This document shows positions 38,901 to 47,934 of a DNA stretch of 64,000 nt, piece after piece. The notes beneath the pieces are model-generated. The model saw only the letters and a program-made list of their open reading frames with translations, searched no databases and had not been told where the DNA came from. The stretch comes from Bacteroidales bacterium. Lineage in GTDB: Bacteria > Bacteroidota > Bacteroidia > Bacteroidales > Muribaculaceae. The position numbers and the translations under genes were made by a program. Each line of letters begins with the position of its first letter. Within the stretch, counting starts at the first letter, position 1. Where the stretch lies: NCBI GenBank assembly GCA_014800525.1, contig JAAVFV010000018.1:17291-81290 (forward strand), given 5' to 3'.

Positions 38901-39089
38901 ATCACTCTCGGTTATACCTTCAATCGCCTCTGGAACGATATGTCTAACCTCCGCCTCTTCTGCGCCGTTCAGAATCCCTTCGTAATCACTAAGTACAAAG
39001 GTCTTGATCCTGAGGTTGCTTCCGGTGTTGACGGTAATATCTACCCCCGTTCCACTACTTGGTCACTCGGCCTCGTGCTCAACTTCTAA
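35961..39089 (+). CDS. susC: SusC/RagA TonB-dependent outer-membrane transporter
   Basis: [48 protein letters not shown], terminal F. Confidence 0.97.
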   Translation: [1042 protein letters not shown]

Positions 39090-39129
39090 TCATCAGTTTT
39101 TCATAACTTGATTAACACAAGAAATCTCA

Positions 39130-40842
39130 ATGAATATTAAGAAATATATGATGTGGGGTGGTGTGGCTCTGACCATGGGTCTCAGCTCCTGCGTTGGCGA
39201 TCTCGACCTTCAGCCCAACGACCCCAACAATGTGGATACCTCCAAGGATCCCAACTTCATCGAGAACTCTCTGGCAATGTGCTATTCCGGCGTTACTTGC
39301 TCCGGTTACAGCGGTCCGGGTTCTTCTTACGTAGGCGGTATCGACGCCGGTACTTCGGCTTATCATCGTATGGTCTTCACTCTTAACGAGTTCTGTACCG
39401 ATGAGATGATGTGGATCTGGCCCGGTGACGACTCCGGTTCTGCCGGTGAGATCATGAGCTCTACATGGGGTGCCACCAACGTTTATGTGAAGGGTGCTTA
39501 CTACCGCTTCATGGGTCATATCGCAATCTGTAACCAGTTCCTCCGCAATACTGAGGGCGCAACAGATGAGAAGACTCTTGAGATGCGTGCTGAGGCTCGT
39601 GTGCTTCGTGCTTACACTTACTACAATCTCTGCGACCTCTACGGTCAGTCTTCTTTCACACTCGATACCGATCCCCTCGGTCAGGATCCCGTGCAGATCT
39701 CCCGCAAGGACCTCTGCGACTGGATTGAGACAGAGCTCACTGATATCGTCGACAATAAGCTCATCAGCGAGAATCCCTCTTACGGCCGCGTAGGTCTTGA
39801 TGGTGCTGAGGCTCTCCTCGCCCGTCTCCTCCTCAACGCCGAGGTATTCTCCGGAACTCCCCGTTGGGCAGATTGCCAGAAGCGTTGTGAGAATATCATC
39901 GCCCGTCATCAGGGTGGTGGTTTCCAGGGTTCAGGTCTTGCTGAGCACTACCTCTACCTCTTCGCTCGCGATAACAATGCATATATGCCCGGTGGTTCTA
40001 ACAAGGCTGAGAACGAGATCCTCTTCGGTTTTGCTTATGATGCCGACCACACTCAGAGCTACGGTGGCCCTTCATTCGTAATCTCAGGTACAATCACCAA
40101 CTCTCATTATATCGCCCGTCAGAACTACGGTTGCTCTTCTGAATGGTCTTGTATCCGCGGTCAGCAGGAAATGGCTGAGCGTTTCTATACAATCTCCAAT
40201 CAGGACGTGCGTGACGACCTCTGGGTTCGCGGTGTTCTTCCCGCCGGTGATGGCTGGGATGCTGAGGACTATTCCGACCGCTTCCTTGATTTCTCCGGAT
40301 CCTGGAACACTACAGGTGGTAACATGATCGTGAAATTCACAGGCCGCGAGCGTAACGCTGCTGCTGATGGCGGCTGGAACTGGGATACTCATATCGATGA
40401 GGCCGGCAACAATGTTGTGGATCAGATCTACTTCCCCGTTACTACATTCGCTTCTACCGATCAGCCGGTTATACGTCTTGCTGATATCTATCTGATGTAT
40501 ACAGAGTGTAACATCAATGGTGGTGTTGGTGAGCGTGCTAAGGCGCTCGACTATATGAACCTCATCCGCGAACGCGCAGGTGCTCCTAAGGTCGGCTATT
40601 CCGAACTCACCAAGAAGGGCCTCATGGACGAGCGTTCTCGTGAGTTCTACCTCGAGTCTATCCGTCGTACAGACCTCGTTCGTAACGGTATGTTCGCCGG
40701 TGCTAATCAGGCAGTTTGGCAGTACAAGGGCTCTCTCGATAACAACGAGGGTACTCGTATCTCTGCTTACCGCACTGTCTATCCTATCCCCTACGATGTA
40801 ATCGCAGCTCAGCCCGAGTTCAAGCAGAACCCCGGCTATTAA
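39130..40842 (+). CDS. susD: SusD/RagB surface glycan-binding lipoprotein
   Basis: LSSC lipobox, AEARVLRAY, IRLADIYLMY, ERSREFYLE..RRTDLVR, QNPGY. Confidence 0.95.
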   Translation: MNIKKYMMWGGVALTMGLSSCVGDLDLQPNDPNNVDTSKDPNFIENSLAMCYSGVTCSGYSGPGSSYVGGIDAGTSAYHRMVFTLNEFCTDEMMWIWPGDDSGSAGEIMSSTWGATNVYVKGAYYRFMGHIAICNQFLRNTEGATDEKTLEMRAEARVLRAYTYYNLCDLYGQSSFTLDTDPLGQDPVQISRKDLCDWIETELTDIVDNKLISENPSYGRVGLDGAEALLARLLLNAEVFSGTPRWADCQKRCENIIARHQGGGFQGSGLAEHYLYLFARDNNAYMPGGSNKAENEILFGFAYDADHTQSYGGPSFVISGTITNSHYIARQNYGCSSEWSCIRGQQEMAERFYTISNQDVRDDLWVRGVLPAGDGWDAEDYSDRFLDFSGSWNTTGGNMIVKFTGRERNAAADGGWNWDTHIDEAGNNVVDQIYFPVTTFASTDQPVIRLADIYLMYTECNINGGVGERAKALDYMNLIRERAGAPKVGYSELTKKGLMDERSREFYLESIRRTDLVRNGMFAGANQAVWQYKGSLDNNEGTRISAYRTVYPIPYDVIAAQPEFKQNPGY

Positions 40843-40851
40843 TACCTTTTC

Positions 40852-40890
40852 CCTTCTTCCTCCCCGCCTTCGGGTAAGGGAGGGAGAAGA
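40852..40890 (+). promoter_or_regulatory. Intergenic hairpin after susD (partial terminator or RNA-stabilising stem)
   Basis: TTCTTCCTCCCC...GGGAGGGAGAA pairing. Confidence 0.45.
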
Positions 40891-40919
40891 ATCAAATTCA
40901 ATTTTTCAGAATCATACAC

Positions 40920-41777
40920 ATGAAAAAAATATTTTATTCAATGGCAGTGGCTGCCCTTGCGCTGAGCTTCTCAAGCTGTAAGGAGACATGGGATGAAAAC
41001 CCCGTGCTCGTAGGCCATGAAGGCGTTCAGACTGTCAACTTCCTGAACGAGCCCGTCCTCAAGGACCAGCCTGTGATGATTACAAACGATAACAGCACAG
41101 GTACGTTCCACCTAACCTGCTCTCAGCCTTACTATGGCTATGCAGCTGTGGCTACCTACAAGGTGCAGGTGTCTCTGTCTGAGGATTTCAATGATTTCAT
41201 TGAGCTAAGTCAGGCTTTCTATGATTGCTCCAACATCAACCCGGTGAATGCCGATATCGCTGCTGCAATCGAGAAACTCTCTGGCGTACAGTCTGAGGAT
41301 GATCTCCCGATGCCTTACCAGACAATGTACGTGCGTCTCCACTCTCAGATCGACCAGTCGCCTGAGAATACAGAGTACCTCTCAAATGTGGTAAGCTTCA
41401 ATCAGGTTTCTGCTGATTACCTCGCTATCTGGGTATCCGGTGTTCCTGTTAACATGTATGTTCGTGGTGGTCTCCCCTTGGCTTCCGATTGGAGCCCGAT
41501 CCCCGAGTATCAGTTCGTAACTGGTCCGGAGGAGAATACTTGGGTTATCTCCTACCTCGAGATGGCTGCCGGTACTGAGTTCAAGATTGCTGACGCCTCT
41601 TGGGGCTCTTGCAACTGGGGTGCAGGTGATGCTCCTCTTGTAATCGGAGAGGAATACATGCTCAACACCGGTAATAACCCGGGCAACATCCAGTGTCCGG
41701 CTGACTTCGCTGGTTCTGTTCAGGTCCGTATGGAGAAGGGTAACTATTACCTCCTTCTTGATCCCAAAGCGGAATAA
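40920..41777 (+). CDS. SusE-like surface lipoprotein
   Basis: FSSC lipobox, N-terminal Y.VQVSL..DF pattern, C-terminal CBM-like EFKIA..W...NWG. Confidence 0.8.
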   Translation: MKKIFYSMAVAALALSFSSCKETWDENPVLVGHEGVQTVNFLNEPVLKDQPVMITNDNSTGTFHLTCSQPYYGYAAVATYKVQVSLSEDFNDFIELSQAFYDCSNINPVNADIAAAIEKLSGVQSEDDLPMPYQTMYVRLHSQIDQSPENTEYLSNVVSFNQVSADYLAIWVSGVPVNMYVRGGLPLASDWSPIPEYQFVTGPEENTWVISYLEMAAGTEFKIADASWGSCNWGAGDAPLVIGEEYMLNTGNNPGNIQCPADFAGSVQVRMEKGNYYLLLDPKAE

Positions 41778-41797
41778 TCACGATTTTTCATAAAGAC

Positions 41798-41825
41798 GAG
41801 CCGCCGTCCCGGCGGATGGCGGCTC
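41798..41825 (+). promoter_or_regulatory. Intergenic hairpin between susE-like and susF-like genes
   Basis: GAGCCGCCGTCC CGGC GGATGGCGGCTC with no T tail. Confidence 0.55.
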
Positions 41826-41856
41826 ATCTGAAATCAACTTAAACCTTTCTACTGAA

Positions 41857-43365
41857 ATGAAAAAATTCAATATACTGATGGCAGGCGCCATTGCCCTCTT
41901 CGCTACTTCCTGCGAGAAGGACCTCGATCCCGCTCTGCCCCAGGAGAATCCCCAGGAGCCTGTGCTCACTACTGGTGATATCACTACTGTTGCCGGTGGT
42001 GTCCTGGCCGAGGGTCAGACCGTTATCAATCTCGAAGCTTACCGCGCCGCCGGTGAGATCCCCGTGCTCAATTTGCCCGAGACCAACAATCTTCCCGAAG
42101 GTGCTGTGGTCGAATATAAGGTTGAGCTCGCTAATAACGAGGGGTTCAATAATCCCGTTGTTCTCGATACTTATATTGGCGAAACTGAGGAAACTCAGAA
42201 CAACTATTACGTACTCGCCGATAACTGGAATGCTGCCCATATCCAGCTCTTCGGTAAGGATCCCAAAGCTCAGACTGTTTACTATCGCGTTCCCGTCTAC
42301 GTGAACCTCGATGGCACTGACTTCCGTTATAGCTCCACTACTTACTATGGTCTTTCCGGCGTAAAAGAGGAGACTTGCATGGATAATGGTGTTGTGATTG
42401 AGAATGCTTATTATCTGATGAGCTCCGCTACCGGCATGACTCTCGCCGACGCTCAGCCTTTCACTCAGGTTTATCCCGGCAGCCCATATGATGAGCCTTA
42501 CTTCGATGCTAAGGTAAAGGTTACTGAGGATGTGCTTCAGGCTAATGGTGGCCAGTGCAAATGGATGATTGCTCCCCAGAGCTCTGTGGATGCTAACTCT
42601 ACTAATGGCGTATTCGGTCCCGTTGCCGGTCAGGAAACTGCCACTGAAGGTCAGCTTACTGCTGAGAGCCCTGCTCAGGGTATCCTCTCAGAGGCTGGTA
42701 AATATCTCATCCACATTGATGTTTGGAACAATACCTTCACTGTTACTAAGCTCGAGCAGCCCAACGTGCTCTACACTCCCGGTGATGCTAACGGCTGGGA
42801 TCAGCTCAACTCTGCATGGATGACTCTCGATAATGGTAGCTACTATTGCTACGCTCCCTTCCGTGGTGGCTTCAAGCTTTGCGAGAACCCCAACTGGGAC
42901 GACAACGCTGCTAACTGGGGTGTTGATCCTGAAGATCCCATTAAGCTGATGAATGGCCAGGAGGCCGGTAATATTCCCGTTGAGGAGGCTGGTCTCTATC
43001 GTCTGAATGTAACTTATGATTCTGAGGCTGATGGTCTTAGCACTTATGAGTTCATCTCACTCGATGCCAACAAGATCGGTCTTATCGGTGGCTTCGCTGC
43101 TTCAGGCTGGAACGATGATGTATTCATGGCTCCCGAACTTGATGATGCAGGAAACCTCACTGGCGTTTGGACAGCTGAAGCTACATTCGCTGCTGGCGAT
43201 GAGTTCAAATTCCGCTTCGATAGCGCATGGACTTACAACCTCGGTGGCGACCAGAAGGCTCTGACTCAGGATGGTGCTAACATCAAGGTTGCAGAAGCTG
43301 GCACATATACAATCAAACTCTTCCTCCTTGGTGGTTATGCCCACTTTGAGATGGAGAAGAAATAA
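41857..43365 (+). CDS. SusF/SusE-like surface lipoprotein with tandem starch-binding-type modules
   Basis: FATSC lipobox; LYTPGDANGW, IGLIGG..GW, EFKFRFDSAWTYNLGG. Confidence 0.8.
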   Translation: MKKFNILMAGAIALFATSCEKDLDPALPQENPQEPVLTTGDITTVAGGVLAEGQTVINLEAYRAAGEIPVLNLPETNNLPEGAVVEYKVELANNEGFNNPVVLDTYIGETEETQNNYYVLADNWNAAHIQLFGKDPKAQTVYYRVPVYVNLDGTDFRYSSTTYYGLSGVKEETCMDNGVVIENAYYLMSSATGMTLADAQPFTQVYPGSPYDEPYFDAKVKVTEDVLQANGGQCKWMIAPQSSVDANSTNGVFGPVAGQETATEGQLTAESPAQGILSEAGKYLIHIDVWNNTFTVTKLEQPNVLYTPGDANGWDQLNSAWMTLDNGSYYCYAPFRGGFKLCENPNWDDNAANWGVDPEDPIKLMNGQEAGNIPVEEAGLYRLNVTYDSEADGLSTYEFISLDANKIGLIGGFAASGWNDDVFMAPELDDAGNLTGVWTAEATFAAGDEFKFRFDSAWTYNLGGDQKALTQDGANIKVAEAGTYTIKLFLLGGYAHFEMEKK

Positions 43366-43390
43366 TCCGATTCCTATCTGATTAAATAAT

Positions 43391-43425
43391 AGAGGAGGGC
43401 GCTCATCACGTCCTCCTCTTTCTTT
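43391..43425 (+). terminator. Terminator of the sus locus
   Basis: AGAGGAGGGCG / CGTCCTCCTCT followed by a T-rich tail. Confidence 0.75.
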
Positions 43426-43561
43426 AATTCCCCCTCATTCAACTTCCCATCTGGCCCGAATCCCATTGCCTCAAATCTCATCACCGATATGTTGAGGTGA
43501 ATGGGTTTCAATCACTAAAGAACCCGGAAGGGATTGATGCCTCTAATAATAATCCTATATT

Positions 43562-44833
43562 ATGAAAATAATAACGATTCTCCTTTCTTTCCTTGCTCCA
43601 GCTCCTGCTGTCGCAGCCCTCCCCAGTGCGGATTTAGAGACAGATATGCACCGTCTTTCAGGCAATCTTCGCGAATATCCATGGTCGGTGGCCGAAGCTC
43701 CCGCTCAGACTCCTCCTCCGGCCGGATACCAACCATTTCATCTTGAGCACTATGGCCGCCATGGCTCGCGCTGGCTTATTGGCGGCAACGACTATCTCGT
43801 GCCCGTCAAGCGCCTGGAAACTGCGGAAAGACACGGGAAGCTTACCCCTCTCGGTAAAGAGACCCTCGAAGCCCTCAGAAAAATCGAGAAGGCCTCTCAT
43901 GGTCGCCTTGGGGAACTCACCGACAAAGGCGCACTCCAGCATCAGGGTATCGGTCGAAGAATGGTGAAGAATTTTCCCGAGCTTTTCACAGATTCCACGC
44001 ATGTCGATGCCAAATCCACAGTCGTGATACGCTGCATCCTTTCGATGCTGAATGGTCTGCAGGGAATCAAAGAAGTTGCTCCCGATGTCTCCACATCCTC
44101 GGATGCCTCTTATGCCGAGATGTATTACATGAACTATGACGACAAACCGGCATGGAAAATAAAAGACCGCGCCGAAGAGACCGTCCTTGCCGAATATCGC
44201 GAGAATCTGAATCCCGGACAAGGATACCTCGAAAAACTCGTCACTGATCCTCAATTCGCCCAAGACAGTGTGGCCCCGGGCCTGATGCCATACCTCTATT
44301 GGGTATTGGCAAATACTCAGGGCCATTCCGGTCAGCCCTGGCTCTTTGATAAAGTATTCACTCCGGATGAAGCCCGTCAGTTCTGGCGCTACGATAATGG
44401 CATGTGGGTGCTCCATTGCATCGACTCACCGCTCACCGAAAACCGCATGCCCTATACTCAGCGTAAGCTTCTCCGCAACATCATTGAAAGCACAGACTCA
44501 GCCATAAATTCCACTCGTCCGAGTGTCAACCTCCGCTACGGCCATGATGGAATCCTCATCAACTTCATCACCCTTCTCGATGTCAGCGGCCTTGGGAAAG
44601 AATTCAAATCAATCCGTGAAGCCGAGGATGCCGGACTGCGCAGTTACGACCTGATACCGATGGCCGGTAATCTTCAGCTCGTATTCTATCGTAACAAAGA
44701 CAATGATATTCTTGTAAAGGCCCTCCTCAACGAACAGGAAGTGACCCTCCCTGCCACACCCGTAGAAGGTCCCTACTACCGCTGGGCCGATCTCCGCGAC
44801 AAATATCTCGCCAAAATCGCCCCCTTCGATTAA
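43562..44833 (+). CDS. Exported histidine acid phosphatase (phytase/MINPP-like)
   Basis: RHGSR catalytic motif, GHD, signal peptide. Confidence 0.85.
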   Translation: MKIITILLSFLAPAPAVAALPSADLETDMHRLSGNLREYPWSVAEAPAQTPPPAGYQPFHLEHYGRHGSRWLIGGNDYLVPVKRLETAERHGKLTPLGKETLEALRKIEKASHGRLGELTDKGALQHQGIGRRMVKNFPELFTDSTHVDAKSTVVIRCILSMLNGLQGIKEVAPDVSTSSDASYAEMYYMNYDDKPAWKIKDRAEETVLAEYRENLNPGQGYLEKLVTDPQFAQDSVAPGLMPYLYWVLANTQGHSGQPWLFDKVFTPDEARQFWRYDNGMWVLHCIDSPLTENRMPYTQRKLLRNIIESTDSAINSTRPSVNLRYGHDGILINFITLLDVSGLGKEFKSIREAEDAGLRSYDLIPMAGNLQLVFYRNKDNDILVKALLNEQEVTLPATPVEGPYYRWADLRDKYLAKIAPFD

Positions 44834-44881
44834 TTCCCATCCCCCCTCTCTCCTCCCTCCCCTCCTCCGTCTCTCCCCTCC

Positions 44882-45066
44882 TCCCTTTTTCTCCGCCTCT
44901 TCCTTTTTTCTCCGCCCTCTTCCCTTTTTCTCCGCCCTCTTCCTTTTTTCTCCGCCCTCTTCCTTTTTTCTCCGCCCTCTTCCTTTTTTCTCCGCCCTCC
45001 TCCTTTTTTCTCCGCCCTCCTCCTTTTTTCTCCGCCCTCCTCCTTTTTTCTCCGCCCTCTTCCGCC
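44882..45066 (+). repeat. 20-bp pyrimidine tandem array, about 9 copies of TCCTTTTTTCTCCGCCCTC(T/C)
   Basis: Directly visible; preceded by a degenerate C/T tract from about 44840. Confidence 0.95.
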
Positions 45067-45092
45067 TGTAGGTCTTCCCCATTAGATTATGA

Positions 45093-45190
45093 GCTGGCGC
45101 GAAGCAGTTTCCGTCCCGACTCTGTCGGCCCTTCCCCCGTCAGCGCGAAGCTCGTTTCGTGCAAGCCCTGAAAGGGATTGAAGCAGCAAG
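45093..45190 (+). repeat. REP-like repeat cluster 4: one type-A variant plus one type-B unit
   Basis: GGCGCGAAGCAGTTTCCGTCCCGACTCTGTCGG then CCCGTCAGCGCGAAGCTCGTTTCGTGCAAGCCCTGAAAGGGATTGAAGC. Confidence 0.9.
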
Positions 45191-45285
45191 GCCAGAATGC
45201 CGCCCGTCTCTCCCGAATAAGCAGCTCCATAATTTCTCTCCCCTCTTTTCTTTTTAAGGATTAATTGCTAACTTTGCATTCCGTT

Positions 45286-46752
45286 ATGATTAACGGATTC
45301 GACAACGACAAGTATCTGAAGATACAGTCCGAACACATTCAGGAGCGTATAGCCAAGTTCGGACACAAACTCTATCTGGAGCTCGGAGGCAAACTTTTCG
45401 ACGACCATCATGCCTCACGCGTGCTCCCCGGTTTTCAACCCGACAGCAAACTCCGAATGTTCCAGAAACTCAAGGATCAACTGGAGATTGTGATTGTGAT
45501 CAGTGCGGTAGACATTGAAAAAAATAAGGTTCGCGCCGACCTCGGTATCACATACGATATGGATGTGCTCCGACTCCGTGAGGAGTTCATGAACCTCGGA
45601 TTCATGGTCGGATCCGTCTGCGTAACCCACTACAACGGTCAGATTTCAGCTGATGCCTTCCGTAAGAAACTCGAGCGTCTCGGAATCGACGTGTATTACC
45701 ATTATCTCATCGAAGGCTATCCATCAAATGTCGACCTCATCGCTTCTGATGAAGGATTCGGCCGTAACGACTACATCAAGACCACCCGTCCGCTTGTGAT
45801 CGTGACAGCCCCGGGGCCCGGCAGCGGTAAAATGGCAGTATGCCTAAGCCAGCTTTACAACGAAAATCGTCGCGGCGTGGAAGCCGGATACGCTAAATTC
45901 GAAACCTTCCCCGTCTGGAATCTCCCTCTGAAACATCCTGTCAACATCGCATATGAAGCCGCCACCGCCGACCTCAACGATGTCAACATGATCGACCCAT
46001 TCCATCTCGAGGCATACGACAAAACTGCCGTAAACTATAATCGCGATATTGAGATTTTCCCTGTCCTCAACACTCTCTTCGAAGGCATCTATGGCGAGAA
46101 TCCCTATAAATCCCCCACGGATATGGGCGTGAATATGGTTGGCTTCTGTATCTCCGATGATGAGGTGTGCCGTCGCGCCTCCAACAATGAGATTATCCGT
46201 CGTTACTTCACCGCTCTCAATGCTCTTGCACGGGGCGAAGGTAACGATTCGGAAGTGAATAAGATCCAATTGCTCTTCAAGCAGGCAAAGATTGATATCT
46301 CTTATCGTCCCTGTGTCGGCGCCGCCCGTCAGCGTGCGGAGAAAGAGGGAGTGCCCTGTTCGGCTATCGAACTCTCCGATGGCACCATAATCACGGCCGG
46401 AACCACTCCTCTTCTTGGTCCGAGTTCGGCCTTGATTCTCAATGTCGTGAAGCATCTGGCAGGTATCGACCATGATGTGAAGCTGATTCCTCAGGAGATG
46501 ATCGAGCCTATACAGCATACGAAGCTGAACTATCTTCGCGGTCATAATCCACGTCTGCATTCCGACGAGGTGCTTGTGGCTCTCTCTGTGCTCTCCACCA
46601 CCGATCCCCGCTGTCGCGCAGCCCTCGAGAAGCTCCCCGATCTTCAGGGATGCCAGTGTCATTCCACAGTAATGCTCGGAGAAGTGGATCAGAAGATCTT
46701 CAAGAAACTCGGTGTCGGACTCACCTGCGACCCCGCCAAGAAAAAACGCTAA
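45286..46752 (+). CDS. DUF1846/UPF0371 protein with P-loop
   Basis: GFDNDKYL..QS, GGKLFDD.HASRVLPGF, TAPGPGSGK, KFETFPVWN; start moved to ATG 45286. Confidence 0.9.
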   Translation: MINGFDNDKYLKIQSEHIQERIAKFGHKLYLELGGKLFDDHHASRVLPGFQPDSKLRMFQKLKDQLEIVIVISAVDIEKNKVRADLGITYDMDVLRLREEFMNLGFMVGSVCVTHYNGQISADAFRKKLERLGIDVYYHYLIEGYPSNVDLIASDEGFGRNDYIKTTRPLVIVTAPGPGSGKMAVCLSQLYNENRRGVEAGYAKFETFPVWNLPLKHPVNIAYEAATADLNDVNMIDPFHLEAYDKTAVNYNRDIEIFPVLNTLFEGIYGENPYKSPTDMGVNMVGFCISDDEVCRRASNNEIIRRYFTALNALARGEGNDSEVNKIQLLFKQAKIDISYRPCVGAARQRAEKEGVPCSAIELSDGTIITAGTTPLLGPSSALILNVVKHLAGIDHDVKLIPQEMIEPIQHTKLNYLRGHNPRLHSDEVLVALSVLSTTDPRCRAALEKLPDLQGCQCHSTVMLGEVDQKIFKKLGVGLTCDPAKKKR

Positions 46753-46802
46753 GCCCACGCCCACTGCATCAGAATCGATTCAGTGTGAACGAGCCGCCAG
46801 GA

Positions 46803-46844
46803 TATTTCAGGCTGTCGAATCCGACGATTCGACAGCCTGAAATA
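46803..46844. terminator. 19-bp-arm hairpin after DUF1846
   Basis: TATTTCAGGCTGTCGAATC CGAC GATTCGACAGCCTGAAATA. Confidence 0.7.
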
Positions 46845-46998
46845 ATTATGAATGATTTTTATTTCCGAACGCATTCTATATTCTATATTTGGGAGTATGA
46901 GGAAATTTCGGTAAATTTGCGGTCGGCTCTCTTCGGTATTTTATCCGGAACCTTCCGATCTGCTACTGAAGAGCTGCAGAAGCATAAATTCCTACTTT

Positions 46999-47823
46999 AT
47001 GATATCGATAATCACGGCTGTATGCAATCAGCTCGAGATGAATAAAATTTTTCTCGACTCGCTGAGGAAACACACAGACGGGGAGTGGGAACTGATCGTG
47101 GTTGATAATGGTTCCACCGACGGGTCGCGCGAATTCTTCGAAAGTGCCGGTGATCCTGTCACAGTAATCCCCAATGATGGCTATTATTCCTATCCCTATT
47201 GCCAGATAATAGGAGGGATGATGGCCGGTGGCGATGTGCTTGCATACTTCCATAATGATATCATTCTTTCTCCCCACTGGGATACACGCATCCTCTCTCT
47301 CCTCGGCAAAGATGGCCGCGAGGTGCTCTCGCTCGGAGGAATCGAACGATTACCCGATCCGGAGGAATCCATGAATAAAATCGAGCGTTGGGAAAAGACT
47401 CGACGTATGACCGCCAAAGTGATGGGCGTCAAGGAACGCGGTCTTAATATGATGACCAAAGTGTTTTATGGCGGTTGGGAACGAGCTGCAGAAAAGGAAT
47501 GGAAGGAAAACGGCGGTTTCATTAATTCCGGATTCATCAAATCAGCAATTGTGATGACACGCAGAGCCCAGGAATTAGTGGGGGATTTCGACCCCACCAT
47601 TCAGGAGGGGGAACTCGACCTATATTTCCGCACAATACACCGCAACCGCACGGTGGGCGATATCGCTCCGATGGGTGTGGCCTCGGGTGTATTCCATCAT
47701 CATTACGATCTTCCCCCTATGACTCCCCCGGGGAAAAAATTCCTTGATGCTGAAATTCTTCAGAGTATGCGCGAAAAATGGGGCGCGCCTACCATAGGCC
47801 GCTATATGGCCTCAATGATGTGA
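46999..47823 (+). CDS. GT2-family glycosyltransferase
   Basis: ISIIT, LIVVDNGSTDGS, HNDI in the DXD position. Confidence 0.8.
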   Translation: MISIITAVCNQLEMNKIFLDSLRKHTDGEWELIVVDNGSTDGSREFFESAGDPVTVIPNDGYYSYPYCQIIGGMMAGGDVLAYFHNDIILSPHWDTRILSLLGKDGREVLSLGGIERLPDPEESMNKIERWEKTRRMTAKVMGVKERGLNMMTKVFYGGWERAAEKEWKENGGFINSGFIKSAIVMTRRAQELVGDFDPTIQEGELDLYFRTIHRNRTVGDIAPMGVASGVFHHHYDLPPMTPPGKKFLDAEILQSMREKWGAPTIGRYMASMM

Positions 47824-47934
47824 TATAGTCCATCCCTTCATTCTATTCTCTTATATCCCATATCCCTATCTCATACTGCCTCATTTCCATTTTAATTTCA
47901 TTTTCCCGATCCGTAACAATGGATCTCCCGAACT

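Noticed and set aside
44609-45082. Lys/Arg/Glu/Gly-rich minus-strand ORF
   Set aside because: Translation of the 20-bp array, and antisense to the phosphatase gene
37896-46764. Long antisense ORFs (37896-38699, 39127-39909, 43658-44416, 45844-46764) and similarly 62526-63275
   Set aside because: Shadows of strongly codon-biased sense genes, with no recognisable motifs
46999-47823. Targeted mutagenesis of the GT2 gene (apparent Asn replacements such as HND)
   Set aside because: No template copy in the window; ordinary divergence is sufficient
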